Assembly (NCBI GenBank): GCA_965644265.1
Contig: OZ286464.1
Location: forward strand, 91,946,001-92,010,000
DNA: 64,000 bases
Reading direction: 5' to 3'
Source: Glycera tridactyla
Taxonomy: Eukaryota
How positions within the stretch are numbered: the first letter of the stretch is position 1; each line of letters begins with the position of its first letter. Positions 50,601 to 56,827 of the stretch are shown here, piece after piece. The translations under genes were made by a program, and so were the position numbers. The notes under the pieces are model-generated. The model had not been told where the DNA came from. It saw nothing but the letters and a program-made list of their open reading frames with translations, and made no database searches.

Positions 50601-52324
50601 TAGTATGATGACAAGCATCCATGTAATGATAGTGTGCTGTCAACCTCTACTAGTATGATGACAAGCATACATTAATGATAGTGTGCTGTCAACCTCTACT
50701 AGTATGATGACAAGCATCCATGTAATGATAGTGCGCTGTCAGCCTCTACTAGTATGATGGCAAGCATACATGTAATGATAGTGCGCTGTCAGCCTCTACT
50801 AGTATGATGACAAGCATACATGTAATGATAGTGTGCTGTCAAACTCTACTAGTATGATGACAAGCATACATGTAATGATAGTGTGCTGTCAACCTCTACT
50901 AGTATGATGACAAGCATACATGTAATGATAGTGTGCTGTCAACCTCTACTAGTATGATGACAAGCATCCATGTAATGATAGTGTGCTGTCAACCTCTACT
51001 AGTATGATGACAAGCATCCATGTAATGATAGTGCGCTGTCAGCCTCTACTAGTATGATGACAAGCATACATGTAATGATAGTGTGCTGTCAACCTCTACT
51101 AGTATGATGACAAGCATACATGTAATGATAGTGCGCTGTCAGCCTCTACTAGTATGATGACAAGCATCCATGTAATGATAGTGTGCTGTCAACCTCTACT
51201 AGTATGTTGACAAGCATACATGTACTCACCGCTGCAGTATTATCCTCCAGGTACACTGTCCTTGCTCCGGAGAATACTGGTGGCTGATTGGAGGACTGGG
51301 TGAGGTATATCATTGCCTCCTTTGTCACCACATTTTTACCGTCCTGTTCAAATGCAAGATAGTTGTATACCATCAGTAACAGACATTTTCATTGATGAAG
51401 TAAGTATGTGAAGGGGGCTCCAACGGTGTGCATCATCCCATGACACATCTAACAATCAGTGAAAGACAGGCCCTTTGTGTGGATCTCCCTCTCCTATGCA
51501 CCAATCTTCCATTGGTTGTGATAGACATATGGGTCCTCTTTGATCTTTCACTGTGCACGTCCTATGTGCAGATCTGATGAGTTTATTGTTTTGATGAATA
51601 TCAATACGAGTGAACAAATGGCATGAGAGATTGTAAAATACCAATTGGTTCCAGTATCACTTGATCTTCAGTCATTCCCATGATGCAGAATAAGTGAAAT
51701 ATCTATTTTAGCTGGTAACATGTAAATTTGAATCACCCTGAATAGAAAGCCAATGATTCTGATGTGCTGCCTCTGAGTAACTTCATCATATAAGTACACA
51801 CAGTTGACACAAACATCAATTATAATACAATAATTACTCACGGGAGGAAAGCAAGAGCATGCAGTAGAGGAAGGCTGGTTTTATTCCTCATAAGGTGTAT
51901 ATTGAGAGTGGAAAGACTTGAGACCTCACATCTACTGCTTCTGATAAGCACCTCATTAAGAATAACACCAATCTTCCACCGCTATCACTTCTTGCTATAA
52001 TCCTTCCTCAAAATTCCTCTCTGTCGATATCCAAATATAGTTGCATCACATCCCTTCCTAATGCTGCCTAAACACAGCCAAGACCTGACTCATGTTATCT
52101 ACTATGAGGAACCCACTCAACAAAATGCAGCCAAACCTGCTCAATGAGGGGTGAATGCTGATATGAATGTGAAACACGTGACTTACGCTGGCCCTGAGCA
52201 CCAGGGTGTAGGAGGATCGCTCAGCATAGCTCAGTTGTCGGCTGGTCAGTAGTCTACCGTGCCAATTGTTAATATCCACCGAAATCACGTCCACGCTGAA
52301 TTTGTCACACGGAGTCAGACTGCC
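7245..52324 (-). CDS. Cad87A: Cadherin-87A-like (CDH23/PCDH15-related) non-classical cadherin, multi-exon, 5' end not found in window
   Basis: 31 phase-consistent GT-AG exons give 13 EC repeats (DxNDNxP, LDYE/LDRE, AxDxD motifs), a membrane-proximal domain and a TM helix, plus 3 cytoplasmic exons. The EC3 'EVAPSSGDG..VEIRV..LDYD', EC4 'TVANC..PCLDYE' and EC5 'YEDTPGGQG' segments resemble the Cad87A N-terminal block (from recall, not searched). Cadherin call is near certain; orthology is moderate. Confidence 0.8.
8668..8877 (-). CDS. probable cadherin cytoplasmic exon (MYIDSGGETV...NLSLA)
   Basis: attccag acceptor, GTAAGT donor, 210 nt open, phase 0-0. Confidence 0.7.
9691..9912 (-). CDS. probable cadherin cytoplasmic exon (ELNMALDQVDEIKL...HNQMRQE)
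   Basis: atccag acceptor, GTAAGC donor, 222 nt open, GC-rich versus flanks, phase 0-0. Confidence 0.7.
10500..10648. other. assembly gap next to a CA-rich repeat
   Basis: N run. Confidence 1.
10861..11184. other. assembly gap (could hide cytoplasmic exons)
   Basis: N run. Confidence 1.
13836..14325. mobile_element. ~490-bp element with ~50-bp terminal inverted repeats
   Basis: cctttttttgtggcacctgtttttcgc at about 13846 is inverted at about 14290 (gcgaaaaacaggtgccacaaaaaagg). Confidence 0.6.
14360..14421. repeat. 27-bp tandem repeat, about 2.3 copies
   Basis: catatctgtggtataaaagcaagaaac at 14360, 14387 and partial at 14414. Confidence 0.85.
15920..16549. mobile_element. 630-bp non-autonomous Tc1/mariner-type element (CAGT..ACTG TIR, TA TSD)
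   Basis: ta|cagtcaaacctcc ... ggaggttcgactg|ta; internal 63-bp direct repeat at 16108-16170 and 16224-16286. Confidence 0.8.
17387..17511 (-). CDS. cadherin transmembrane exon (PTYVFW...PVLVAIIIIILLLLAALFLLCCLMCLLAA)
   Basis: ttgcag acceptor, GTGAGT donor, phase 0-2, hydrophobic run of more than 20 aa. Confidence 0.9.
18110..18248 (-). CDS. cadherin exon, membrane-proximal domain (TDILIHVVRVDTG...VTDLK)
   Basis: ttgcag acceptor, GTAAAT donor, phase 2-0. Confidence 0.82.
18597..18772. mobile_element. 176-bp MITE (TA TSD) nested in an older MITE
   Basis: ta|cagtaaaacctg ... caggttttactg|ta. Confidence 0.8.
19164..19253 (-). CDS. cadherin exon, membrane-proximal domain (WVQQVIPGSAVCFNDIRYH...)
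   Basis: tgacag acceptor, GTGGGT donor, phase 2-2. Confidence 0.8.
19311..20100 (-). mobile_element. Penelope-like element fragment (GIY-YIG endonuclease region) bounded by ~50-bp inverted repeats
   Basis: LPYVKAVTEKL...IKPHRTIRSILVHPKDK...VVYKVDCKNC..YVGETG is a typical PLE GIY-YIG; IR 19311-19369 vs 20051-20100. Confidence 0.85.
20176..20264 (-). CDS. cadherin exon, membrane-proximal domain (IWVTEPAQEMTLTITKPPEEVR...)
   Basis: ttgcag acceptor, GTAAGT donor, phase 0-2. Confidence 0.82.
20877..21160 (-). CDS. cadherin exon, EC13 (ISVEAPFATTV...ALDED...GDTDAR)
   Basis: gatcag acceptor, GTACGT donor, phase 1-0. Confidence 0.9.
21746..21997 (-). CDS. cadherin exon, EC12-EC13 (GNGDEAFRI...LDHE...IDMNDSPPTF)
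   Basis: aaccag acceptor, GTAAGT donor, phase 1-1. Confidence 0.92.
22021..22198. mobile_element. 178-bp MITE (TA TSD)
   Basis: ta|cagtcaaacttgtccta ... taggacaagtttgactg|ta. Confidence 0.85.
22847..22973 (-). CDS. cadherin exon, EC12 (NCCTIPYTYNISENLPP...ATDKDIG...YFIV)
   Basis: tgacag acceptor, GTAAGT donor, phase 0-1. Confidence 0.9.
23483..23593 (-). CDS. cadherin exon, EC11-EC12 (VILVARDSGIPVMSS...EDIGDNDPEFPQYQ)
   Basis: caccag acceptor, GTGAGT donor, phase 0-0. Confidence 0.9.
23698..23770. repeat. (TGAT)n microsatellite
   Basis: direct reading. Confidence 0.9.
24260..24371. repeat. DIRS internal complementary region (circular-junction copy)
   Basis: 24260-24339 is the reverse complement of 24078-24157, and 24337-24371 is the reverse complement of 29710-29744, with no mismatch seen. 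Confidence 0.92.
24648..25634 (-). CDS. DIRS ORF3 tyrosine recombinase (phage-integrase fold), overlapping ORF2 end
   Basis: Catalytic residues visible: SGQR (R), IKTTK (K), HSSR (H-x-x-R), GW, FARHY (Y); frame open from 25673, no ATG near the 5' end. Confidence 0.93.
   Translation of the reverse strand: MSFREALRRSQVPDRTASIVINSWSQGTVEQYKSYLRRWGLFCDRTDTDPYAATVRVVIAFLQSLVDDGLGYSAVNTAKAAVVNLLTLAECELGSQRLLDRFMNGVAMSAPTGPRYVDTWDPDVLLRYIKGLGRNRDLPLPTLTMKLAALAALVSGQRAQTLHLLSIKSMTLTSDCACFLITERIKTTKKKSARVVVHLPRYRKDDDICVLKCLHVYLDRTRVLRPSGLRHLFLTFRKPHGEASRDTVKRWIKSAMTKAGIDTIKFATHSSRAASTSKAARSLPLNTIMAAAGWRSESTFARHYRRPVIEHGAFANAVLEPAPTVHHN
25469..27527 (-). CDS. DIRS ORF2 reverse transcriptase / RNase H / DNA N6-adenine methyltransferase-like, frameshift at C20 run 25875-25894
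   Basis: SIDLKDAYF, LPQGL..APRVF, GYLDD, FTDAS, INTLEL, SDN, NVEAD, DMFASRLN; then LYAFPPF...IVPCWPTQAWF in the shifted frame. Confidence 0.93.
27536..28844 (-). CDS. DIRS ORF1 gag-like protein, split by a 1-nt frameshift near 28220-28224
   Basis: ATG at 28844 (MASPNPG...); basic/acidic low-complexity N-terminus; continues in the next frame as DAELDLKCKEYPYPGN...IWKK...SLFGDDL...RGRGG to stop at 27536. Confidence 0.75.
29804..29992 (-). CDS. cadherin exon, EC11 (NQPPGKFV...AVDED...FDRESRDTYQ)
   Basis: gatcag acceptor, GTGAGT donor, phase 0-0; the DIRS element starts 58 nt downstream. Confidence 0.92.
30307..30524 (-). CDS. cadherin exon, EC10-EC11 (MFRLDPNTG...RDNGIPPLSG...GVPE)
   Basis: ttgcag acceptor, GTGAGT donor, phase 1-0. 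Confidence 0.92.
30911..31088. mobile_element. 178-bp MITE (TA TSD)
   Basis: ta|cagtcaaacctg ... caggttcgactg|ta; internal ggtggtcttta subrepeats; an older relative is adjacent at about 30745-30908. Confidence 0.85.
31268..31448 (-). CDS. cadherin exon, EC9-EC10 (LYVYLMDENDNNPRF...AYDPD...GGNGG)
   Basis: tttcag acceptor, GTGAGT donor, phase 0-1. Confidence 0.92.
32398..32520 (-). CDS. cadherin exon, EC9 (GVVTVVNPARLDRE...YATVP)
   Basis: ttgcag acceptor, GTAAGT donor, phase 0-0. Confidence 0.92.
32550..32722. repeat. (AAT)n-rich microsatellite upstream of the acceptor of exon 32398-32520
   Basis: direct reading. Confidence 0.9.
32785..32934 (-). CDS. cadherin exon, EC9 (PFYNTTVRENSPAGT...ATDRDLG...NNIT)
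   Basis: ttgcag acceptor, GTAAAT donor, phase 0-0. Confidence 0.92.
33543..33700 (-). CDS. cadherin exon, EC8 (VLYVARPMDYE...NINDNNPTFIE)
   Basis: ctgcag acceptor, GTGAGA donor, phase 1-0. Confidence 0.92.
34600..34821 (-). CDS. cadherin exon, EC7-EC8 (SLIINILHVNDQYPEF...NDPD...SDNS)
   Basis: tttcag acceptor, GTCAGC donor, phase 1-1. Confidence 0.88.
35191..35323 (-). CDS. cadherin exon, EC7 (SWFSIDSVTGAVRV...LQRD...DQTGD)
   Basis: cttgtag acceptor, GTAAGC donor, phase 0-1. Confidence 0.9.
36021..36163 (-). CDS. cadherin exon, EC7 (TPMQQVVTTMSATDPD...DVNYP)
   Basis: tttcag acceptor, GTACGT donor, phase 1-0. Confidence 0.87.
36694..36820 (-). CDS. cadherin exon, EC6-EC7 (VIAADKGTPPMSATGTV...DANNKKPAF)
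   Basis: attcag acceptor, GTAAGT donor, phase 0-1. Confidence 0.9.
38450..38637 (-). CDS. cadherin exon, EC6 (GTTVVNVEANDADP...FDYD...YMMR)
   Basis: gaacag acceptor, GTATGT donor, phase 1-0. Confidence 0.9.
39564..39639 (-). CDS. cadherin exon, EC5-EC6 linker (DRNDNPPVF...PEDTQP)
   Basis: ttttcag acceptor, GTAAGT donor, phase 0-1. Confidence 0.9.
39700..39910 (-). mobile_element. possible degenerate LINE RT fragment
   Basis: DLNDRLLKL..CEVVTHLCKFVI...LKSV resembles the D.I..RLLK...LTHL.N region of CR1/L2 RT. Confidence 0.3.
40222..40291 (-). CDS. cadherin exon, EC5 (YQMTVRANDGRNSDTCTVWIYVL)
   Basis: tttcag acceptor, GTATGT donor, phase 2-0. Confidence 0.88.
41206..41348 (-). CDS. cadherin exon, EC5 (AEDADGDVIQYSII...YEDTPGGQG)
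   Basis: ttgcag acceptor, GTAAGT donor, phase 0-2. Confidence 0.9.
41889..42159 (-). CDS. cadherin exon, EC4-EC5 (FRADSRTG...PCLDYE...NVNDNRPVF...VVVK)
   Basis: ttgcag acceptor, GTGAGA donor, phase 2-0. Confidence 0.92.
43569..43648 (-). CDS. cadherin exon, EC4 (ATDGDDSDGIYGDSSLRYRLSGAGSE)
   Basis: tttcag acceptor, GTGAGT donor, phase 0-2. Confidence 0.88.
43849..44013 (-). CDS. cadherin exon, EC3-EC4 (VVARETE...DDVNDNDPKF...VITIT)
   Basis: tttcag acceptor, GTGAGT donor, phase 0-0, canonical DxNDNxP. Confidence 0.92.
44937..45114. mobile_element. 178-bp MITE (TA TSD), same family as 30911
   Basis: ta|cagtcgaacctcc ... ggaggttcgactg|ta. Confidence 0.85.
45875..46045 (-). CDS. cadherin exon, EC3 (GSYARYSV...LDYDQG...YQLI)
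   Basis: tttccag acceptor, GTAAGT donor, phase 0-0. Confidence 0.88.
46197..46938. repeat. 44-bp minisatellite, 17 units, each containing the exon 3' end plus the 5' splice donor
   Basis: taagctcaccagatct units start every 44 nt from 46197 to 46901. Confidence 0.95.
46910..47104 (-). CDS. cadherin exon, EC2-EC3 (ASEVLEDG...DANRYAP...VTDIDL)
   Basis: ctgcag acceptor, GTGAGC donor, phase 0-0; its 3' end is the seed of the 44-bp array. Confidence 0.88.
47688..47800 (-). CDS. cadherin exon, EC2 (NPGNLFNINAVTGEL...IIVR)
   Basis: ttctccag acceptor, GTAAGT donor, phase 1-0. Confidence 0.88.
48960..49385 (+). mobile_element. degenerate CR1/L2-type LINE ORF2 fragment (endonuclease-RT linker)
   Basis: IIDRHAPMKTR...WIN, DDPKKMWTEIKKL, EQANMLNEYF; a possible endonuclease end motif (DVGVIVTASD) lies near 48380-48420. 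Confidence 0.65.
49757..49835 (-). CDS. cadherin exon, EC2 (GTLITTIVAVDGDETVQNEIRYSLVQ)
   Basis: ttgtag acceptor, GTGAGT donor, phase 0-1; not in ORF track. Confidence 0.85.
50165..51224. repeat. 50-bp minisatellite, ~21 units, abutting the donor of exon 51230-51343
   Basis: atgtaatgatagtgtgctgtcaacctctactagtatgatgacaagcatmc units at 50171, 50221 ... 51170, with a 1-nt deletion in the unit at 50671. Confidence 0.95.
51230..51343 (-). CDS. cadherin exon, EC1-EC2 linker (DGKNVV...SNQPPVF...NTAA)
   Basis: gaacag acceptor, GTGAGT donor, phase 0-0. Confidence 0.85.
52187..52324 (-). CDS. cadherin exon, EC1 second half (GSLTPCDKF...YTLVLRAS)
   Basis: tttcag acceptor, GTAAGT donor, phase 0-0, joins next exon to give YTLVLRASDG. 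Confidence 0.85.
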
Positions 52325-54121
52325 CTGAAACACAGAGAGGCACACACACACATATATATATAATGTGGTATTCAAGGACACAGGATCAAGTAATTGCTTC
52401 CATATTTCATGACAAATATGAAAAATAATAATGGCTATGGTTAGATCCATACAAATCTACCCCCAACACAAACTTCACACAAATCTAATCTGCATACAGC
52501 CACCAAATGTGGTAATCACAAAAGTATAATAGGCAGTAAACAACCTCTCTATAAAGGCCTCCTTTCTGTCTTATGTGAAACAGCATTATTTTTCAAGAAA
52601 GTTATGGTTGTGTCAAATTGGGATATACATGACATGTGACAGAACTGATCAATTAATTCAAATTGAATAATAAAACAATTGAATCATAATGAGTACATCA
52701 AACCCGGTGGTTGATGATATAATATCATCTCAGCAGAGAAAACACTGAATGGATGAAATTGCAAATCATATTGAGGTTTTGAAGGAAACATTGCACAAAT
52801 GAGGAGTCAGCCTCAGATCATGACATCAAGTCAAGGGTTCAGGTCAAGTTACAATGTTTTCTTGTTACAGCTGGCTAGACTTCACCAGTGATCTCCTTAA
52901 ATTTGTCCACTAAATAAGCAGATAATAGTGTCTAATTTTCTCGATTCTGAACCAGCAGCACTTTTATACCTACTGACCAGTCATGATATACCTGTCCAGT
53001 GAATGTGCTTCGTGAACAAACACGACAAAATGACGGACTTGATCTAAGGCCAAGAATGACATTCCCCCAGGGTTTGACAAGACCTTTGATGTCCTAATGG
53101 GATTGCCTGCTTCGAGCGTTTCTCAGCTCATTCTCAATCCAGTTTCCAGCTCTTTTATTCACACAAATGATCACAACGTGTAGCTTGCATGGGTCAAGTA
53201 GCAAATAAATTCAGAGATTTTTCTGGGGTTTCAATGCCATGAGACAGTTAATTCAGATTGTAGTCCCAATATCAGTTTGCATAAGGACTTCATGAAATGC
53301 AAGGTCTGCACCAGGTGGTTTGGGTCCAAATGAACCATGGTTCCCATAGAAACTGAACCAACTGGAGTGAGAACATGATTTAGAGACTGGTTGTTGGCCA
53401 GACATAGTCAAATACACCTGTAATGCAACCACCTGTTGTGTAATATGATTCATTAGTTTCCAGCACAGTATCAATGTTATTCTATTCCAGATTAGACTAC
53501 ATGAAAGATTCAGACAATGGCTGGGCTACTTATACAAAACTAAGGTAGCAGTTTGAAATATGAGGGTCCTAAGTTCTTCTACCAAGATCTGTGTGACAGC
53601 AACAACACATTTACCATCAGAACTTTTAAAGATGCTGGTTGACATGTGAAAGCTCCGTGCTCCAACTGCGGTCACTTAGTAATTATGATACCCGAAATGC
53701 ATGGTGAAGGATTAGATTGTCACCATCTTGTCTCTTAAGAATACCCCAGACCTATGAACCTTCTTTGGATTTCTGACACCCCTGATTCCCCAAAATAATG
53801 AATACGAAGAGCATCTCACAACATCATTCTGTAATCTGTGATATGATGTAGCTATAACCTTTCTGAATATTTCTACTAACTTGGGTAACCTAGTGGGAAT
53901 TGCTTCTCTTGCATTCAATCTTCCACAAGACACAGCTCATCATATGGGCCTTTTTGAGAACAAACATGTTCATGTCATCATTTGCACAAAATATGTTTGC
54001 CTATCTTTCAGTAATCCCTGTCTTGTTGCCTTGAGTGTAATAAATTGAGCTATCAAAATGAATTTGAATCAATCATGCACCACATGAAATTCACAATTTC
54101 ATCTTCATGCCAGCTTATCTA

Positions 54122-54298
54122 CAGTGAAACCTCCAATGAGAGGCCACCCCAAATGTCACCAAAAAGCGGTCTCTCAAAAGAAGTGGTCTCTCGTCGGAGG
54201 TATATTTGTCTATCTCAAATAGAAAACCTGCCCTGGAAAAACGGTCTCCCGTCGGAGGTGGTCTCTCATCGGGGGATCTCTCGTCACAGCTTCCACTG
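54122..54298. mobile_element. 177-bp MITE (TA TSD)
   Basis: ta|cagtgaaacct ... agcttccactg|ta; decayed relatives near 36430-36580 and 48770-48930. Confidence 0.75.
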
Positions 54299-56668
54299 TA
54301 TTGTGTCCAAGCATTTTCCAACTCAAAATGCATGCAAACAAATGCAGGAACTGATCTAATGTTGAGGGTTCCTCTCCCGATCCACGCCAATAGGATAGGT
54401 ACAATATGTCACCCGAACTGATACAATAGTATTTAGTAGGAAAAATCCCCTGCGGTGTGATTCTATGAGAAGATCGAGCCTACTTTTAAGAGATTAGTAC
54501 TCATTTTGTACTTTGGGTTACTTCTGAAATTCAGGGTCAGGGTGGACTTGACCCTTGCATAGAATAATGGATCTCACCCACTGTCATCACCTGGGGTTCA
54601 AAGAACGAACATAATTGATCATGCGTGTCCAAATACACTCCACCCAGAAAATCCCATGATGGTCAACAGCTGCACATCATTTTCTCAAAGGGGAGGTGAT
54701 TTGTAAGTGGTCTCGCCTGACTGCCCACACCGATGCCCACTGATTCATGCTGAGCACCATTGTGGCTGTGGTAAGTGCCCCCTGTCTGTCATGACATGCT
54801 AATCATCTGGAACCCCTCCCTCTCCCTTCTTGATGAGCGTGAGTCGGTCTCTGTACATACATTTCTAGTAATGCCACTTCACTGCGATGAAATTTCCTGA
54901 ATTTTTTGCCAATTTTCTGAAAATTCCCTTATATACTTCCAAAAGCTGCTGATTTGACACTTGCAGCCTGAGTTTATGCAAATTTGGTATCAACTTTGGA
55001 GACAAATTTCCTAAATTCTATGCCCGATTCCCCATCCCATCACTTGGCCACCAGTTCCATGCTGATGTCTGCTGTAGAAGGGCTAGAGCTAAATTGAATC
55101 TCCTTACATTGATTTATAGATAGGAATATTGAGAAAATTGTACATAAGTTTTGAGGGTTCTCACCAACAATGTTGTGCATCAGGTAAAATCGAGCAAACT
55201 GTCTGATAGGCACATGGTTGATAAAATGCTGACAAAGAGGTTCCTATTCTGCATCTACAAATCCAGTACATATTTGGCTAAATCACAATTTCTTATGCTG
55301 AATGATATATCTGCACCATTCTGAATTGAATTGTGGACTTATGAATTAGAAGCGATCATTAACTTTCATTGCAGGAAATAACAACTATACGATGAATGTA
55401 GTTCAATAGAAATGAAAGAATTCTGCTGAGTCAACAAATGGTTTACCTCACTTCAATCATTCAACTACCAGAGCATTCACAAAAGAAGAAGACATGTATT
55501 TAATCCAACAGAGACAACAATAGGAAACATCTGAAGACATCTTACAGAGAGTCTCAGTTCATCCGGTTTCTAAATTCATCAGCATTTCCTTTGTAGTCGG
55601 TGCTTTTGTGAGTCCATTGTAAGCTGTCAAAAGACTCAATTGAAAAAGAGTGTCTGCACATCTCACTAATTTCCTGTCTGCACCGTGAACACAAACCTTT
55701 TCTCTTGCAATTTGGCCGATACAACTTAATCATATCATTGAGGTATCAAACTCGTCACAGCAGGAGCATACATGTGTCACTGGTTCAATCTAGTCCACCT
55801 CTGCGAAGGCACTCAGTCAACCAGAGACCAAATAGTTCGCTGTCAATTTTGACCAACTTATTGAGGAAAAGTTCACTTGAATAACAGAAAATAAGGACAT
55901 GTCTACAGGCTAGGTGGTTGGTGCCATGCTAGAAATCCCAGTTTTGATAACACAAGAAATAGGATGATCCCTGAAAACGTAATTTATACGTTTCAATGGT
56001 GTATCATGACACATAGTTTCATACTACAAAGATCTCATTATCTAACCAGGGATACAAACATCAAAAAAACTCATTCCAACCTCAAATCATCTGCATGTCA
56101 CTGATAACAAATTGGACTATGTAGGATAGAGTGATTTCCAGGTAACAAATGTATGAATGAAATGAGAGCCCTGCTGCTGGGGGGGGGGGGCTCAGTTGTG
56201 TATGAGCCAAAGCCTGAGAATAGAGATTGCTGAACAAGGAGTACCCTACGACTGAAGTATGGTAATCATACAGCTGGTTATATTCAACCGATTCTTATGT
56301 AACCCAGGAGAACTGTCTCTTGACGAAGGCTGTTAAACCAAGGGTAGCATTTGCCTGTAGGACTGACTCCACATGGAATTGTATAAGAGTTATTTGTGAG
56401 ATCGGAAGGGTCGTAACTGTCCACAGATGTGGACTCTATATGAGGGGGAGAAGGTGATGGGAATTCTATTGAAATACTATTCAATGCAGCGGGAGGGAGG
56501 GAGGGGGGATGGTGTTCTAATAGAGGTGGTGAAGTAAACTAACAGTAGTTCTCATGACATCTACAATGTATGCACTGAAGCATGACTGAGTAAAGTGTGC
56601 TGCCCTACAATGGCTAGGTCATCTATCTCACACAGCGCTCACTCACACTCTCTTCTCGCTCTCATTAT

Positions 56669-56827
56669 NNNNNNNNNNNNNNNNNNNNNNNNNNNNNNNN
56701 NNNNNNNNNNNNNNNNNNNNNNNNNNNNNNNNNNNNNNNNNNNNNNNNNNNNNNNNNNNNNNNNNNNNNNNNNNNNNNNNNNNNNNNNNNNNNNNNNNNN
56801 NNNNNNNNNNNNNNNNNNNNNNNNNNN
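56669..56827. other. assembly gap
   Basis: N run. Confidence 1.
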
